Source: Ascidiella aspersa
Lineage: Eukaryota
Assembly (NCBI GenBank): GCA_963924565.1
Contig: OZ004610.1
Span: 6,820,001-6,884,000, forward strand
Direction: 5' to 3'
Length of the DNA stretch: 64,000 nucleotides
Below are positions 21,012 through 34,100 of the stretch, in pieces (within the stretch, counting starts at the first letter, position 1; the number at the start of each line of letters is the position of its first letter). The notes beneath the pieces are model-generated. The model was not told the origin of the DNA. It did no database searches and saw only the letters and a list, made by a program, of their open reading frames with translations. The position numbers and the translations under genes are program-made.

Positions 21012-24000
21012 GTGAGTTCACTTGCGATTGGCGCTTTTAAGATTTTTCTAAGGGCTAACGTGCGAATCAAACCGTTTGGTTTTGTACAACTGGCGTCCCC
21101 GTGAAAGCTTACTGAAGATAGACAGGCTGTCATGTAAGCATAGACGCCGACTTTTTGTTTTTCACTAAATGTCCGCTGAAAAGATGAGTTTCTATGTGGA
21201 GTAAGATATATTTAACTTTTAGTGTTCAATCAGTTCATATCTTAATACATACGAAAAACAGTGGGAGTCGTATTTTAGAGAAAGCGCCTTAATGGTCTAA
21301 AACTTTAATCACTCTAATCAGTTACGTTTTAACGAACAGCAGTCTTTATGATATATCTGTAAACGTTTGTATTAATAAATCGAAAGTAATACTTTCTTTG
21401 CAAGGCAGGTATTTTGCGGAATTGTGTCGTGGCAATGCTAAAAGTTGTTTGAAATGCGAAAAGTTGTTTGAATAACTTTCAGAGTTTCAAATCGCACGCA
21501 ACGAATATACACAGTATTTTGCAGGAAGATTTATCATTGTTGTTTGGGGGGCGGGGGCGGGGCTGATCATCCCAAGTTTTTACGGGGTTACTCGGACCAC
21601 GCTAAGCACCCCAAACTTGGCGTTTATGTATGTAAGTAAGGCTAAGCCTAAGAGATTCGAACTCAAAGACCTTCTCGATACAAGGGCCAGTGTTCTCTTT
21701 AAGGTGCGCAACTTTGCGCGGCACCATAAGACCATTTTTACCGTAAAATTTGCACACAATTGTAGATTTAGTTATTTATCTAGATTTCGATTAGGCCTTG
21801 ACAAAGTTTACAAACCTTGAACAAAAACACAAACATATAGGCTAGCGCTAGTGAAACCAATTTTGTGCTATACCCGTAGTTTGTTGAAATGTTATACATA
21901 TTATATAGACTTTTCTAATTCGCCCCTACAATATTACAAAATAAACAAAATAATTTGAAAATAGCGATTGAGAAGTTTCTGTAAAAAGTTTAGTATAGGA
22001 TAGGTGCACGGTGTTGATGTGAAATTTTTTGTGTGTATATTGTCCTGTCAGTTTTCAGATATATCAGGCAAACTCGTTTTTTTCGTAAAATATTTAGTAA
22101 TTACAGGCCGCTCAATGGCGCCACTTTTCCTTGTGGATTTTTGTACAGTTTCCGTTAGGTGGCGACGGTTAGTCAGTTGATTCCATTGGTAGCTCAATGT
22201 GCTTAAAACTTAAAAAATATGTGCTTAAAACTTAGGCTGAATCCCCACCGGTTAGACAAAAACGCTTTAGCAGTCTGATCGCGACTAATGAGATGGAACG
22301 CAATTTATTTTGTTGTCGCGTCCCCACCGACCAGACTTGACGCAAATCTTACGCACAGCAGACAGGCACGACTAAACGCGTTTTTAGCGAGATAGCGCGT
22401 GCACTACTTTTTTACCGTGTCTGAAGATGCTTTTTTTTTTTTTTTTTTTTTTTGTGATAGAAACCATTAGTTTTTTACAGGTTTTTGTAGGTTTTATATT
22501 ATGAATGTTATTTTAAAAGGTTAAGCACGTAATTTTTTTTAATTCCAATAAAAATATATTCCTGGAACGGTCGAAAAGCCTTTTAATTCGTATCTTTCTT
22601 TTCCATGTATGATTTTACCAGCTTGACTTGTTCAAAAAACAATTTTGAAGACACCCCTGCGTAATTTTAAAACTTATCTTCATGTTTTAATAAAGTGGAA
22701 AAAAGTACATAGAAAGAAAACTCTTTATACCTTTTTTCCCAAATAGGGTGTACCCACTACTTGTGTTGTCGATAAACTGCTGGTTAAGTTTCTAAATACA
22801 TATTTCTTCCCAAATTTACATGTTATTTGCCTTCGCCATGATCACAACTGAATTATATCGCCTAGCTTTGACCAGTTCAATTTTCGCGCGCTTTGTCGGT
22901 GGGGATTGGACAGAGTCGCTTTCAGGCACGACGCGACAAGTCAACAGTCAGACATGTTTCGTCGCATCATGTCTGAGGTCCGGTGGGGATCCAGCCTTAG
23001 TGGCCACGAAGTTAAAAATATTTAGTGTAACTCTTATGCGTAGGCTTAGTGCGGTTATGTTGTGCTGCATTAGGGACAATTCTATGGTATTTGTTTTGCT
23101 AGTGCTTTGGTTTAGTTGTAGTTTACTTATGTCGCTGTTGTAGATATTGTAATAATTACATTCTCTACCGAAAACCCTCGAAATGTCTTGCACTTCATTT
23201 TCATAATACTTTGGACTGAATTAGTTTCATTATTTTACTGACTAATTAGACCTTCACACGTTTTAAACATATTTGTATAACTATTTAAACTGACAAATAG
23301 GCGTTGACTTTGTTTTTTCACAGGGGTGCTCAAAATGTGCACTAAAAGTGACATCACAAAATGTCCTCTGAAAAGATAAGTTTATGTGCGTGTTGGTGAA
23401 AAAGTTAAAATGCATTTTAAGTTATGGGATATAATTGAATGACTGTGGTAATTTATGTCAAAAAAGGTCATTAAATTGTACACATCAACAGAAACAAATA
23501 TTTTGCATAAAGATTTATCATTGTTTTACGTGGTCTAAATACCCAAGTTTCCAATAGAAGTGCTTTGGCCATCCCACGCAGGGCTTCACACGTTTTCAAC
23601 ATAGCTTTATAACCTTTTATAACAAGGAACTTGTTGTCATTCCTTATTGATCACTAATGTCTGCCAACTGCATGGTTGCAGACATGCGGTTAGCAAATAC
23701 CTTTTTGCTACGCTTTAACGATATTCGGTGTTTTTTCGGTCAGTTGCGGGCAGGGGTCGGTTTAAACAACTCGAGTCCGACTCCAGTTAAATTTACCGAC
23801 TGCTTAAAGTCTCGAGTCCGTCTCCAAGTCGGTCCTCTGTTCTATTCCAAACATATTTGTCCGTAAAATAGAGTAAAATAGTGAATATACTGTATTTTAC
23901 TTATACAAATGTGATAATCACCTATATACTCAAAATACCCTGCTGTTCTCCCTTGATACGATTTACAGTTTGTAACCTTATCGGTTTCGAACTTGGTACT

Positions 24001-25195
24001 GCGTAAGCGCACGTCGGACTCGGGACTCCGGTAGTCTTATGTACTCCTATTGTCGAGTCCCGTATTCCGCTTTATTAAAAATGGCCGACCCGGTCTAATC
24101 CTGGGTCCGACTTTGGCTTCTCAGCCTTAGTCGTAAGATCCCATTTTGGTCGTTACAAAAAATTAAAGGAAAATAAACGTATGTACCGGGTATATTGTGA
24201 CCACATTATTCTTAACGAGATACATACGGCATACGTATATAACAACTGCAATCTAGCCCTTCTAAGGCCTTTTTTTTATCAATGATAACGGTTTTCGTTT
24301 CATCATTTGGTGATCTAATAAAGACTCCCATGTTGACATTACCATTTTATCAATCGGATCAGAATCATTTGTGCTATCGTTTAATTCCTGGGAAGTTGCG
24401 ACTGATAAGAGTTATTCAAGTCCTGTGACGAAAATCAAACTCCACCGCTGTATACGCTCTGATTTTTTTTATTTTACGCACACAGTGCTCATCGCGGAAC
24501 CAAACACAGGAAAGATAGTGAGAATATAACAAGAAGTAGAACAAGTAAACGCGTGCTTCGAATACGTGGCAGCAGCTCGTATAAAAAAAAAGCGAAAAAA
24601 AGGAGTGTAGTCGAGAAAAATATATGAAACAGAAAACGAAAAACCCGGCGTACGCTCGTTCCGATTTACTTCGCGACTTGCAGCTATTTTTTACCCTTTC
24701 AAATTTTGACCATTTTTTCGTGGTAGTTCGGGCTGAAAAACAACGGGCAATTGAAAGAGCAGAAGGTAACCTGGTCACCATTGTCTAGTACAAATGTGCA
24801 GAATCCATGGATAGAAATCTGTGCAAATGTCTCTTCACTTGGCCCTATTGAACTATTTAAATAAAATGTAGATAACCAAGCGAAATTTGGCGAGAAATTG
24901 TATCGGTCGCACATAAAGCAGCTACAAATGTGGCTTGGCTTTTTAAGCGGTCATGCGTATTCGACCAGAAAAAATGTGTAGCGTTGTCTCTTCTCCTTTC
25001 TCGAGGAGGCGGCCATCAAATTTGTCCAACAGAAAGGTGCGAAAAACTATAGGCGCCGTTGATTGACTTGTCGAGGCGTAAATAAACGCAAACCTACACG
25101 TTCTCGACCGTTTCGATAAAAGTGGAGCGGTCTTTCTCCTTTTGAGGCGGCCATTGAGTTTAGCCTACAAGAAGTCGCAAAAAAACTGGGCGCCG

Positions 25196-25201
25196 TTTAT
25201 T
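25196..25201 (-). promoter_or_regulatory. Candidate polyadenylation signal AATAAA of the GPR22-like gene
   Basis: AATAAA on the minus strand about 28 nt after the stop codon. Confidence 0.4.
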
Positions 25202-25228
25202 GACTTGCAGAAGCGTAAAAGCGCAAAA

Positions 25229-26276
25229 CTACACGTTCTCGACCGTTTCGATGAAAGTCGAGCGGCTGTAGGTTCCCTGCTCCTTCAGTTGCTGGTTTTG
25301 ATTGTTTCCCAGGAGCTTCTCACTGACGTCGCGCGCAGACGAGCTGCAGCTGTCCGTGCACGTGTTGACGCGACATACAGCGTCGCCGCGCCTGCACTTG
25401 GGCGCCTGAGGCGACGCGCGACGTCCGCGGCCCCAAGGCGAGCTCCAGACCGCCGAGATGCGAACGCGGGCTCGACGCTCGAGCCGCGGCCCCGATTTGG
25501 CGCAATACACAACTCGAATGTCCTTGCGGATCTTCTCGCGCGAGAAACTGTACAGCGCCGGGTTGATAGTGCACGAAGCGACGCCCAGAACGAGACTCCA
25601 AAGGAAGGCAGCGTTCCACGCCGCGCCGCCGCTTTCAACTGGCGTTTCAAGGCGCAAACCGCGCACTGATGTATCTTTAAAGCTGCATGTTGCCGCACAG
25701 AGGCGCCGCTCGTCCGGCCCGGCCAAGTACTTGGCGACTGGAAGTGCGTGAAACGGCGTCCAGCACGTTACAAAGGTGAGCAGAATGAGGACGACCATCT
25801 TGCGCAGGTGCCGCGTCCGACGGCGCTTCTCGCGTATCTTGGCCGCAACCATTCGCTTCAGCGCAAGCACAACGGTTATGGAGAGAGCCACGGACGCAAA
25901 GTCGGTCTTGGCTTCGGCGTGATGCTCTTCCGTTCCGCCGGAATCCGGCTCCTGTTTTCCCGCGGCGCAGATTAAACCGTTTGCCGCCTTGTCGTCGACC
26001 TTTACGCCGCTGAGCTTAGGCGAAGGCGAAGGCTCGGCCTGCTTGACTTGCACAATTTGCCGCGTTTTATTGTTGTTAGCGCGCTCGATCCGCGGCGAGC
26101 TTTCCGATATCGTGGTGATGACGGTCGCGTCCTTGTCTTCTCCTCCTGCTCTTGCTCCTACTCCATCTTCTCCTCTGCTCTTCATCCATCCTCCGCAGCA
26201 CTTGAGCACGAGGCTCTTCTTCTGCTGGTCGCGCGTCATCTTGAGCGAGTGCTGCTCCCGGATCTTTTTGGCCTGT
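25229..26276 (-). CDS. GPR22: GPR22-like GPCR exon 4 (long ICL3, TM6 CWTP, TM7 NPALY, C-tail); total about 628 aa
   Basis: SITVVLALKRMV resembles GPR22 SVSVIIALRRAV; TFVTCWTP; INPALYSFSREK resembles HPLLYAFTRQK. Acceptor tttctcgcag; stop TAG at 25229-25231. Confidence 0.9.
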
Positions 26277-29200
26277 CTGCGAGAAAGCGAAAAACGATTA
26301 GGAGTTGTTGCTAATTTGCTGTTTGTTAAATTTGCTCAAGGGAAATTGGCTGATTTGTTTTTTAAAATAGAGTCCATTGACCCCTTGGGGTACGTGAACT
26401 AGTGTTAAGGGTCCATGAGGGTTTAATTAAAATATTAGTGAATTATTGATAAAGTTTAAATTAAAATGACTTGATTGAAAAAAGTTTTATCACTGAAAAT
26501 ATTTGAACTCTGCATCTTTTTCGGAACGAAAACAGCAGATTTCCCATGTCTACTTGTTTTAATAAAGTAAGTTAATGACGTCAGCTCTAAAAAATGTCAT
26601 GGCGACCCTGGTCGACGAAAAGGAAAAAAATTGTTTAGGGCCCCGCGTCAAAAAAAAGTTCAAGAGCTTAGGATTTGCGCTGATCTGATATTTAGGTTTC
26701 AAATTTGACAAGAACGGCTATTAACAAAGGTTTGTGTTAAATTACCGTTTTTTTTTAATCTGATGTTCCTGCCCCAGTGCTGATCAGTGCGCATTAAACC
26801 GGGCGCGCGAGAAAGCGAATTGATCGCAGCCTTTCGCCGCAAACGCGTCGCAAAATTTAGTTGGCCGATTTTCGTTCAACGCCAAACCGACGTTAGTGAA
26901 ACCGCGCGAATTCGCTCAATTCTTGGCGAGCTGTTCCCGTCAACCAACCACTGTCTTTTTTGGCGGTTTGTGTCGCCCCCTCAAACCGTCATCGATTTTC
27001 TGACCGGGCTTGGATTTTTTTTCGATCATTGGCGGTGTAAAAGCAAGGACGACCCCATTGAGACCTCGCAGGTCAAGTTAGCAAGTTACATGTCGGTCTG
27101 GGTAACCTCTCGTGTATACTTGAACTTTAACACAGACCTGGGTAAAATACGACCCTCGGGCCCTGTCCAGGCCACCAAACAGTTTAATCCGGCTTTTTTT
27201 TTCTAGTCAATAAAACCCTGGACTGACATAAGCTATTTCAACTCACAATATTTCTTTTGCTTTCTTGAAAAAGATCTGCACTTCATATTATGTTTATTTT
27301 GAATCCTATTTAGACAAGGCCCTCTAAGACATTTTCTTGTTCTCATGCCGACCTTTGTCAAATATTCAAAAATAATTGCTCCTGTCAAAAACATTTGCCC
27401 ATCCATGCACTACAGGGTGAAAATGGGGTAGGGGTTGCGGCCGTAAGGGGCTTAGGGCAAAAACAATTCCCGTGTCAGACATTTCGCTGGCCCGTCTGCA
27501 TGTTTACCTGCCTTAAAAACAAGGCCGCCTCCCAAGGGATATTTGCATGACCCGGTCCTGTCAATCGCGTTTCTTTTTGTGTGGCCAAGGCGGCCAAGCA
27601 AATGCCGTGACGGTATTTCACCCTTAAATTTGTCTGGTTGGAAAACAACCCTCGTGTGTAGGACAGACACGTTCATTTGTTAGCGATAAGTTTAAAAATT
27701 TGATTAAAACTGTGTTACACGTTTTTTTTAAATGATGGTTCGCCTCAGGCCGCTTTATTATCGTTTCTTCGTGAAAGTACGAATTAATGCTTTGACGTTT
27801 TGTCTGAATTTCAGCAGCTATAAAAATCTCGTAGGCTAGCTATAGATGGCATAAATTTTAGAATTTCTGAAGTACTGGAAGATTATTCGGGAAGGAAAGG
27901 GCAGACCAAAAACTCGTGGTATAGATTTTAAATATTGTACCCACTTTTCTTTCGATCAAAAAAAAAAAAAAATAAATCACAATGACAGCGAAGACAGTAG
28001 AAACCATGTTATTTCCATCATGTAACAGCCGGATATATCATCCTTTTATTTTGTTTAGGTAGGACATAGCAGCAAACACAATAACAAATTCTTATCACGA
28101 AATGTAGCCTTTAAATGTCGCCCGACGCGTTAAGAGTGCCACTAAAGGCGACGACGCTTTACGCGGTAAAAAAGCGACCTTTTAAACTTTGAAGCGCCGA
28201 GTGCGGTTGCCGTAAAAACACTTATACAGATTCGGTAATAAAGACTGAGCTAATAATAATAATATCTCTTTTAATCGCGCACGGAAATAAGTTGCTTGTA
28301 CGTTATGCGGTAAAATCACAAGCATCTAACAATAGATTCGTGCGTCGGTTCGCCTTAAACTCCCAATTTAACCCGATGCAAGCTTGCGTTTTACGCGAGC
28401 AGGAATCCTATCGCGCGCCAGAATAATCTTTCAATGGCTGCGGTGTTGCGACCGCGTTGTTTCGTAAGGCATTCTCGCACGCCGAAATGAATAATTGACG
28501 ACGCCTTCGCCGCTCGGTACCTCGTGATTGACGCTGCATTGCCAAGTGCCAAGGGCGTATACGGCCTGCACACTTGGGCTTGTTATTCGCCCAGTCAATC
28601 TTCATCCTGCAATCTGCATGTCCGTGGTTCCACCCCGACATTTTGCACTTTGGAAGTTTTTTTTAATTATACCGGAGTTGTTTTTTTTGAACTATAATTT
28701 TTAATTTTTTTATGCTTTGATTTTGAAACGATTTACAAGCCTATAGGCAATGGTTGTCTAATATTTATTTCACGTACAAAAACACTAGGTTTCTTAGACA
28801 CATGTTTTTTTAACTTTTTGGTTTCACTTATGAAAAAACACAAGTTTTTTGCTCTTTTAAAAATATAATGAAAGCCCGCATATTTTTATTAAAGCAGGAG
28901 ATTTTATGCCTAAAAGTGAAAGGTTTTCAATGTTGTACCTTTCTTACGCTGCACAGTTTTATAGATTACTTTTCTTATAACGCAAATACTACGCTTTCTA
29001 GACGGAATTCGAAAAGGAGTGAAATCAACTTTGTAGAAACATACGTCAAACAACTTTTTTTTATGTCAGTTTTCGTCTTGTGCAATACAGCTTGTGATGC
29101 GAAATTAACGTAAATATTCATTTGTGCCTCTTTAAAATAGTGTAAGAAAAATCAAATATTAAACCAGTTGACTCGAAAATGTAACTCAAAAGGCGTTTGA

Positions 29201-29994
29201 TAAATCGCCTGGGCAATTACTGTACAGTTCTCGTCACCAATAGATAATAATACTTTGTTAAATTTGGGTCCTGTAAAGTTTTAGAAAAAAATCCTAAATA
29301 CTGGTATTCAATTTTCAGTAACACTAACGGTAATAAGTGGTTTTATTCGTTCTTATCGCCGCCCTATCATCTTGGTTCCGTGCGTTACCTGAACACCATT
29401 GTATAGCCAAGGAGCGTATATCTGATGGTAATTCGATATTTCACGATGCATGCCGGCAAAACGGTGTGCCGAAGCCAAGCTCAGAAAATAAATGTGCTTT
29501 TACTGGCAAACTTTTCTCTATACGCAATAACTAATAAGGCAGTGGTTCTGAAACGCGGACCTCTAAAAAATCAATTTAATTTTTTTACTAGGGTTGTCAT
29601 GATTTTTTTAGAGATCATGACTAAAAAAAGTGTATTTAAGATATCTGTTGTTTTCGGCCCCGCAAATGTGTAATAATCTTAAGTACATTTGAAAAGAAGG
29701 CCACTCCCCCCAAAAAAAATATTTTTGTGTGCGAAATATGCTGTAAGATTTTGTTTAGGCCTTCGTGGGCCCCCGTAAAAATTGGCAACGTAGCCCAAGT
29801 AGCCCACAGACGCCAGTTTAAGAACCCCTTTAAGGACATCTTGTTTAAGCCGGCTCCAAATTTTTAGGAACTCATTAGTGAAAAATCTCGTACTTCTGTC
29901 GTTTGTGTTATTCAGCATGCAGCCAAAGGTAGCAAATAGGGGAATTAAACCATTTTTTTAAAGATTAACACACAAACTACTTGATTTAACTTAC

Positions 29995-30077
29995 TTGTTG
30001 CTTCCCCGCTGCACGGACTGCAAGATCCTAAGGTACACCGAGATTATGATGATGTTGCCGATCACAAAAGTGCTGAC
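29995..30077 (-). CDS. GPR22: GPR22-like GPCR exon 3 (TM5: VSTFVIGNIIIISVYLRILQSVQRGSN)
   Basis: Acceptor ttttttcacag, donor AA|GTAAGT, 83 nt; Y..IL end-of-TM5 pattern; not in the ORF track. Confidence 0.88.
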
Positions 30078-30633
30078 CTGTGAAAAAAGTTTTAGTTTAA
30101 CTGAAAAAAAAACTTTACGTGATTTAGACGCAAACCTTACAGAACTGCGAAACCTCCGGCGAAATTATGATGTGATTTGGAAAGTTTCGAGATAACCCAG
30201 TGCCGTAAGGCTTTTTGCCTGCATTTTGCAGGTTTGTGAAGATTTGCAAAATTGTTTCAAAAAACATAATTTTCCAATAAAGGTTTGGTTGCGTTTGTTA
30301 TAGTTGACTATTTGGTAGTCTTGTAGAAAAATCCCTTTTATTGGCGTTGTCGTAAAAGTTTGACTGTCAAATATATTATATCAAAGGAGTTTGGATATAG
30401 CATTAGTTGGTTGAAGAAAAAACACTTTTTTGTTCAGCTATGACATTAGTTTGATTATGTCGCAACATTCACTCCTTGTTTTCTCGTACTTTATCAACAC
30501 CAACCGTTCACTGGGTTATTAGAACCACTGAAAAATCGCCGTTACACGATTGGCCGAAACCACGTGACGAGGGGCTTTCAAGCGTGACGCCGCCCTTTTC
30601 AAACCAAAACAAAAACAAAAAGTCGTGTCGAAC

Positions 30634-31134
30634 CTGGAAAGCGATCTGCAGCGACAAGTCGAACTTGTTGAGCGAGCACAGGTCCTTGGCGCACCTCGCC
30701 GCGCACGTGACGTTGTCCAAACCAATGACGTCACCAGAATTGATGACGTCACCCAGCCTGGATCGACTCTTGTCAGCCAGCGCCGCCACAGGCACCACCT
30801 GCCATTCCTCGCTTGCCGCTGTATCGTAGTTGAACATAAGCAAGAGAGGAGCTACTGTGGCTAGTACAGAGACACTCCACACTATGGCGATGGCGTAGGC
30901 GGTTCTGCCCTTGACGAAAAATCGCTTCAGGGCTCGCAGGCTCACGTCGGCCCGGTCCAGGGCCAGCAGCGCCGTCCCGGCCACGCTTGCAATGGCGCAG
31001 AAAATGAGCAGGCCACGATTTAGGAAGCAAAGGTTGTTGGCCTGTTGCGCCGATCCGAAGCTGAGCAGTTGCGTGACCAGGGTAATGGGCAAGGCTACGC
31101 CGCACAGGATAATATCGATCACAGCCAGGTTAAC
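30634..31134 (-). CDS. GPR22: GPR22-like GPCR exon 2 (TM2-TM4, ECL2)
   Basis: VNLAVIDIILC..LP, LDRADVSL (GPR22 has LDRYDISV), TM4 Trp; 501 nt, phase 0 to 0, AG/GT boundaries. Confidence 0.9.
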
Positions 31135-34100
31135 CTGCGTTTGAAGATAGACGAGTTGTTAGGGTTTGCGCGCAATGTTTTGGTGCTATTATGTGATATT
31201 TTGGGGCGGTATGATCCTGGCTCAATGACCTGTCATTAATAAGCTTGCGAATAGTTATGTCCTTCGGTGCCATTTTTGAGTTCTCAAATGATAAGTATAG
31301 AGGTGTACAATGTTTTTTAAATATTTTTTTGGCCCCGTTACTATACTCTTTTATAGTGTGCAGAAATTTGTTGACAAAACAATGGCTTCGTCAAAGCAGT
31401 TTATATCTTATTTAAAAATAAAATCCACTCACAAAGAACATAGTTAAGGCAAGTACAATGTCAAGGCACCATTTGCTCAGCGACCATTCCTTACACAATT
31501 AAATTAGTCATAAAACACTTACACTGCAATGCTGAAGTTTAAAGAAATGTCCTTTTTTTCGGGGATTTTCTGAGAGCTGCTATATGTTTTAAAATATTTA
31601 CAAGACATTCCCCAGTGTTCTGCGTATTCCAGTCGATACTAGCGTCTCCGGTATTAGCAAGGTCGTGATTACAAAGAAATTAAAGCTTTTACTAGATGTC
31701 TTTCCTAGGCCATATGCTTGATGATTGCGTTTAAAATCCATACTGACAAAATGCTGATCAAGGTCGACCCAGAGGTTTATAAAAATAATCAAAAAGGCAT
31801 CATCCTTTACACTATCAGGGTATGGAATGATGGATTATTATATCGATTGTTTGCGTTTGGAGGTATATGCAAAAGAGGGCAGTAGTTTTCGACTACAGAG
31901 CCACATCAGAGATTGCTGCGTCGGGAGTTTAACAGCTTTACCAATGCGCACGCAGGCTCAGGATTTTCCCAGGATCTCCCAAACGAATCACTCTGTGGCC
32001 TAGTTTATTTCAGTAGAACGTTTGGCCAGCACCCTCCACGTTCAACAATCACGAGCAGAAAATATAACTATGTAGTCGATGTAATGATACTCATGTTACT
32101 TTAAGTTGCGCTGTGGTTTTTGCGTTTCTTGTTAGTTGCTCCCAGTCAGGTTCATGTTTGCATGGTACAATATTTGCCTTTTTGCGTTATCGGCGTTATT
32201 TGAAGAAGTAATGTGCAACTCAGCTGTGCTTTTTATTAGTTTATTTTTTTGTTTTATTTTATTTATTGCGCGACCCCCTGTAAGTTCACGTTCTTGAAAA
32301 CTCTGCACTTTTGGGCTGTTGGGCCTTTCGAAGTTCTCAAGGAGCTAAACATAAATAATCAAAATAATCATTTACTTAATCAAAGACAGTTCCATGACTC
32401 ACATCAAAATAATGACAAGCTGCCTTATTTTTAGATCGCGGCACACGCGATGCTGCTAGAGTTGTTTTGACACGAACTTGAGAGTGGAAGATTAATTAAG
32501 CGACGAACGCAGTTTATCGATTTTCGTCCAAGGCCGTTCTCCACTTCAACTTACTATACTATTCGCGAAAACCTTGCAAAACGTCGATAAATCCTTGTTG
32601 AAGTCAATCGCCGTAAAAATGATCTTATCGGCCTACTGGATTCTGAAATCTGCCCGACTGTATTCCCGAATTTGTGGTAGGCCTATAAAGCACACCCATC
32701 AATATTCGTAACTTGCCGGCGTTATCTCTGGGGCTGTACTATGTCACAAATCTATTATCGCCTGGAAGAAATCAATCACGCCCAAATGGCCACTGCGCGG
32801 CGCTATATCTCACAAATTGTTCGTGTAGTTTTTTTCAGGAATCCAAAATCGAGGCGCATCGAGGCAGCTGCCAGATTCATTTGTATATGCATCGAAAAGA
32901 AAATTTGCGAATCAATTCTTTTTGTATCAGCGGCAATAATCGAAAAGGTCCGTTTTGTTTTCGTAATGTTTGCACTGATTCCTATTCGTCACGTTTGAGT
33001 AAGATGGCGTAATAAATTGCCCCATTTTCCTTGGGCAAAGCGGTCTAATGATAAATTATATCGCAAAAGCGTAATTAAAAAATGTAGCTGGTGTATTCTA
33101 TTGTTCCCGAAATCTGCAATCAGTCTTGGAAATCTTGAAACCAAATTTCGCCGAGCGTTCTACGCATATTCAACTCCATATGAGGCTGTTCTCCTTATTG
33201 GTTTTATATCGTGCTCATAAAACAAGAACAAATACAGTTTATTCTTGGTTATAGTTGCCTGTTTCCCATAATTGTCACAATTATTATGCCGTATAATCAG
33301 GTGAGATTATTAGATACTCACGGATGGACATTTGTATAATATTAGCTCTATAACGTTGGTCATGTGGACGCGAAACTATCCTTAAATGTAAAATTACGGT
33401 TAAATACAGAGTTCGTCTAACGTGTACAATAATTTCTATTGACGAAATCGTCTTTGCAACCCCTACACCTAAAATTCAGCGCGTGTTTTGCCACCCTTAT
33501 AAGCCTGTACCTGTTCTCGATCGCTATTTCCGTGTCGTATGCAACTATACGCGCTCCAAGCCCTGTTATCCTATACCAAAGGCAGAATGGTATTTTGGTA
33601 TGACCGCAATGCAACAACCGTATTTGTTTTTCGCCCCTTTTTACGAGCAGAGCAGAAGTTCTGTGTTCCGTCAAGGCGATTTCGCAACCGGCTTTTCCGC
33701 TTAAAAAAAACCCATCGCACATAGTCCCGGGAAAAAGTTTTTCAAACCAGTATGACGTAAGGCGAATATTGGAAGCGATGCGCGCTTTCCACTTTAACGA
33801 GTTTTTTTCTTCGTTGGCCAATCGCTGCGCAAATATTGACCTTGCCACAGGCCGAGACAGCTGACGTCCATAAGAGTGAGTGGGCGATTGGCTGGGCCGG
33901 CACCCTATTTTACCGCCTTTCTTTCAAGGAAATATAGTGGGACGGCCTGTTGTGGGACGGCCTGTTTTAACGCTGAAAGTGGCCAAAGTTTTTAGATTTT
34001 GTTTCGCAACTATTTGTTGGCGCCGTCCGATCAATATCGAACAAAGGCCAAAACAGCGCCGGTCGCCGCAGTTTCTTTGTCGAGGAATGTTACAGACGCA

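Noticed and set aside
25094-25231. Stop-codon readthrough to the duplicated C-terminus
   Set aside because: An in-frame TAA lies 23 codons after the first stop.
25142-26402. Plus-strand ORFs (175 aa, 137 aa and others) over the GPCR last exon
   Set aside because: Antisense shadows; COG5 exon 5 joins exon 6 directly with nothing missing.
28391-28641. Extra GPCR exon or small gene in GPCR intron 3
   Set aside because: Exons 3 and 4 already join in frame and I found no clear splice-site pair; more likely CpG-rich non-coding DNA.
31598-31792. Possible decayed LINE reverse-transcriptase fragment (IFINL...AYGLG...STGI)
   Set aside because: Resemblance is vague and lacks the diagnostic KAFD, PQG or YADD motifs; a profile search would be needed.
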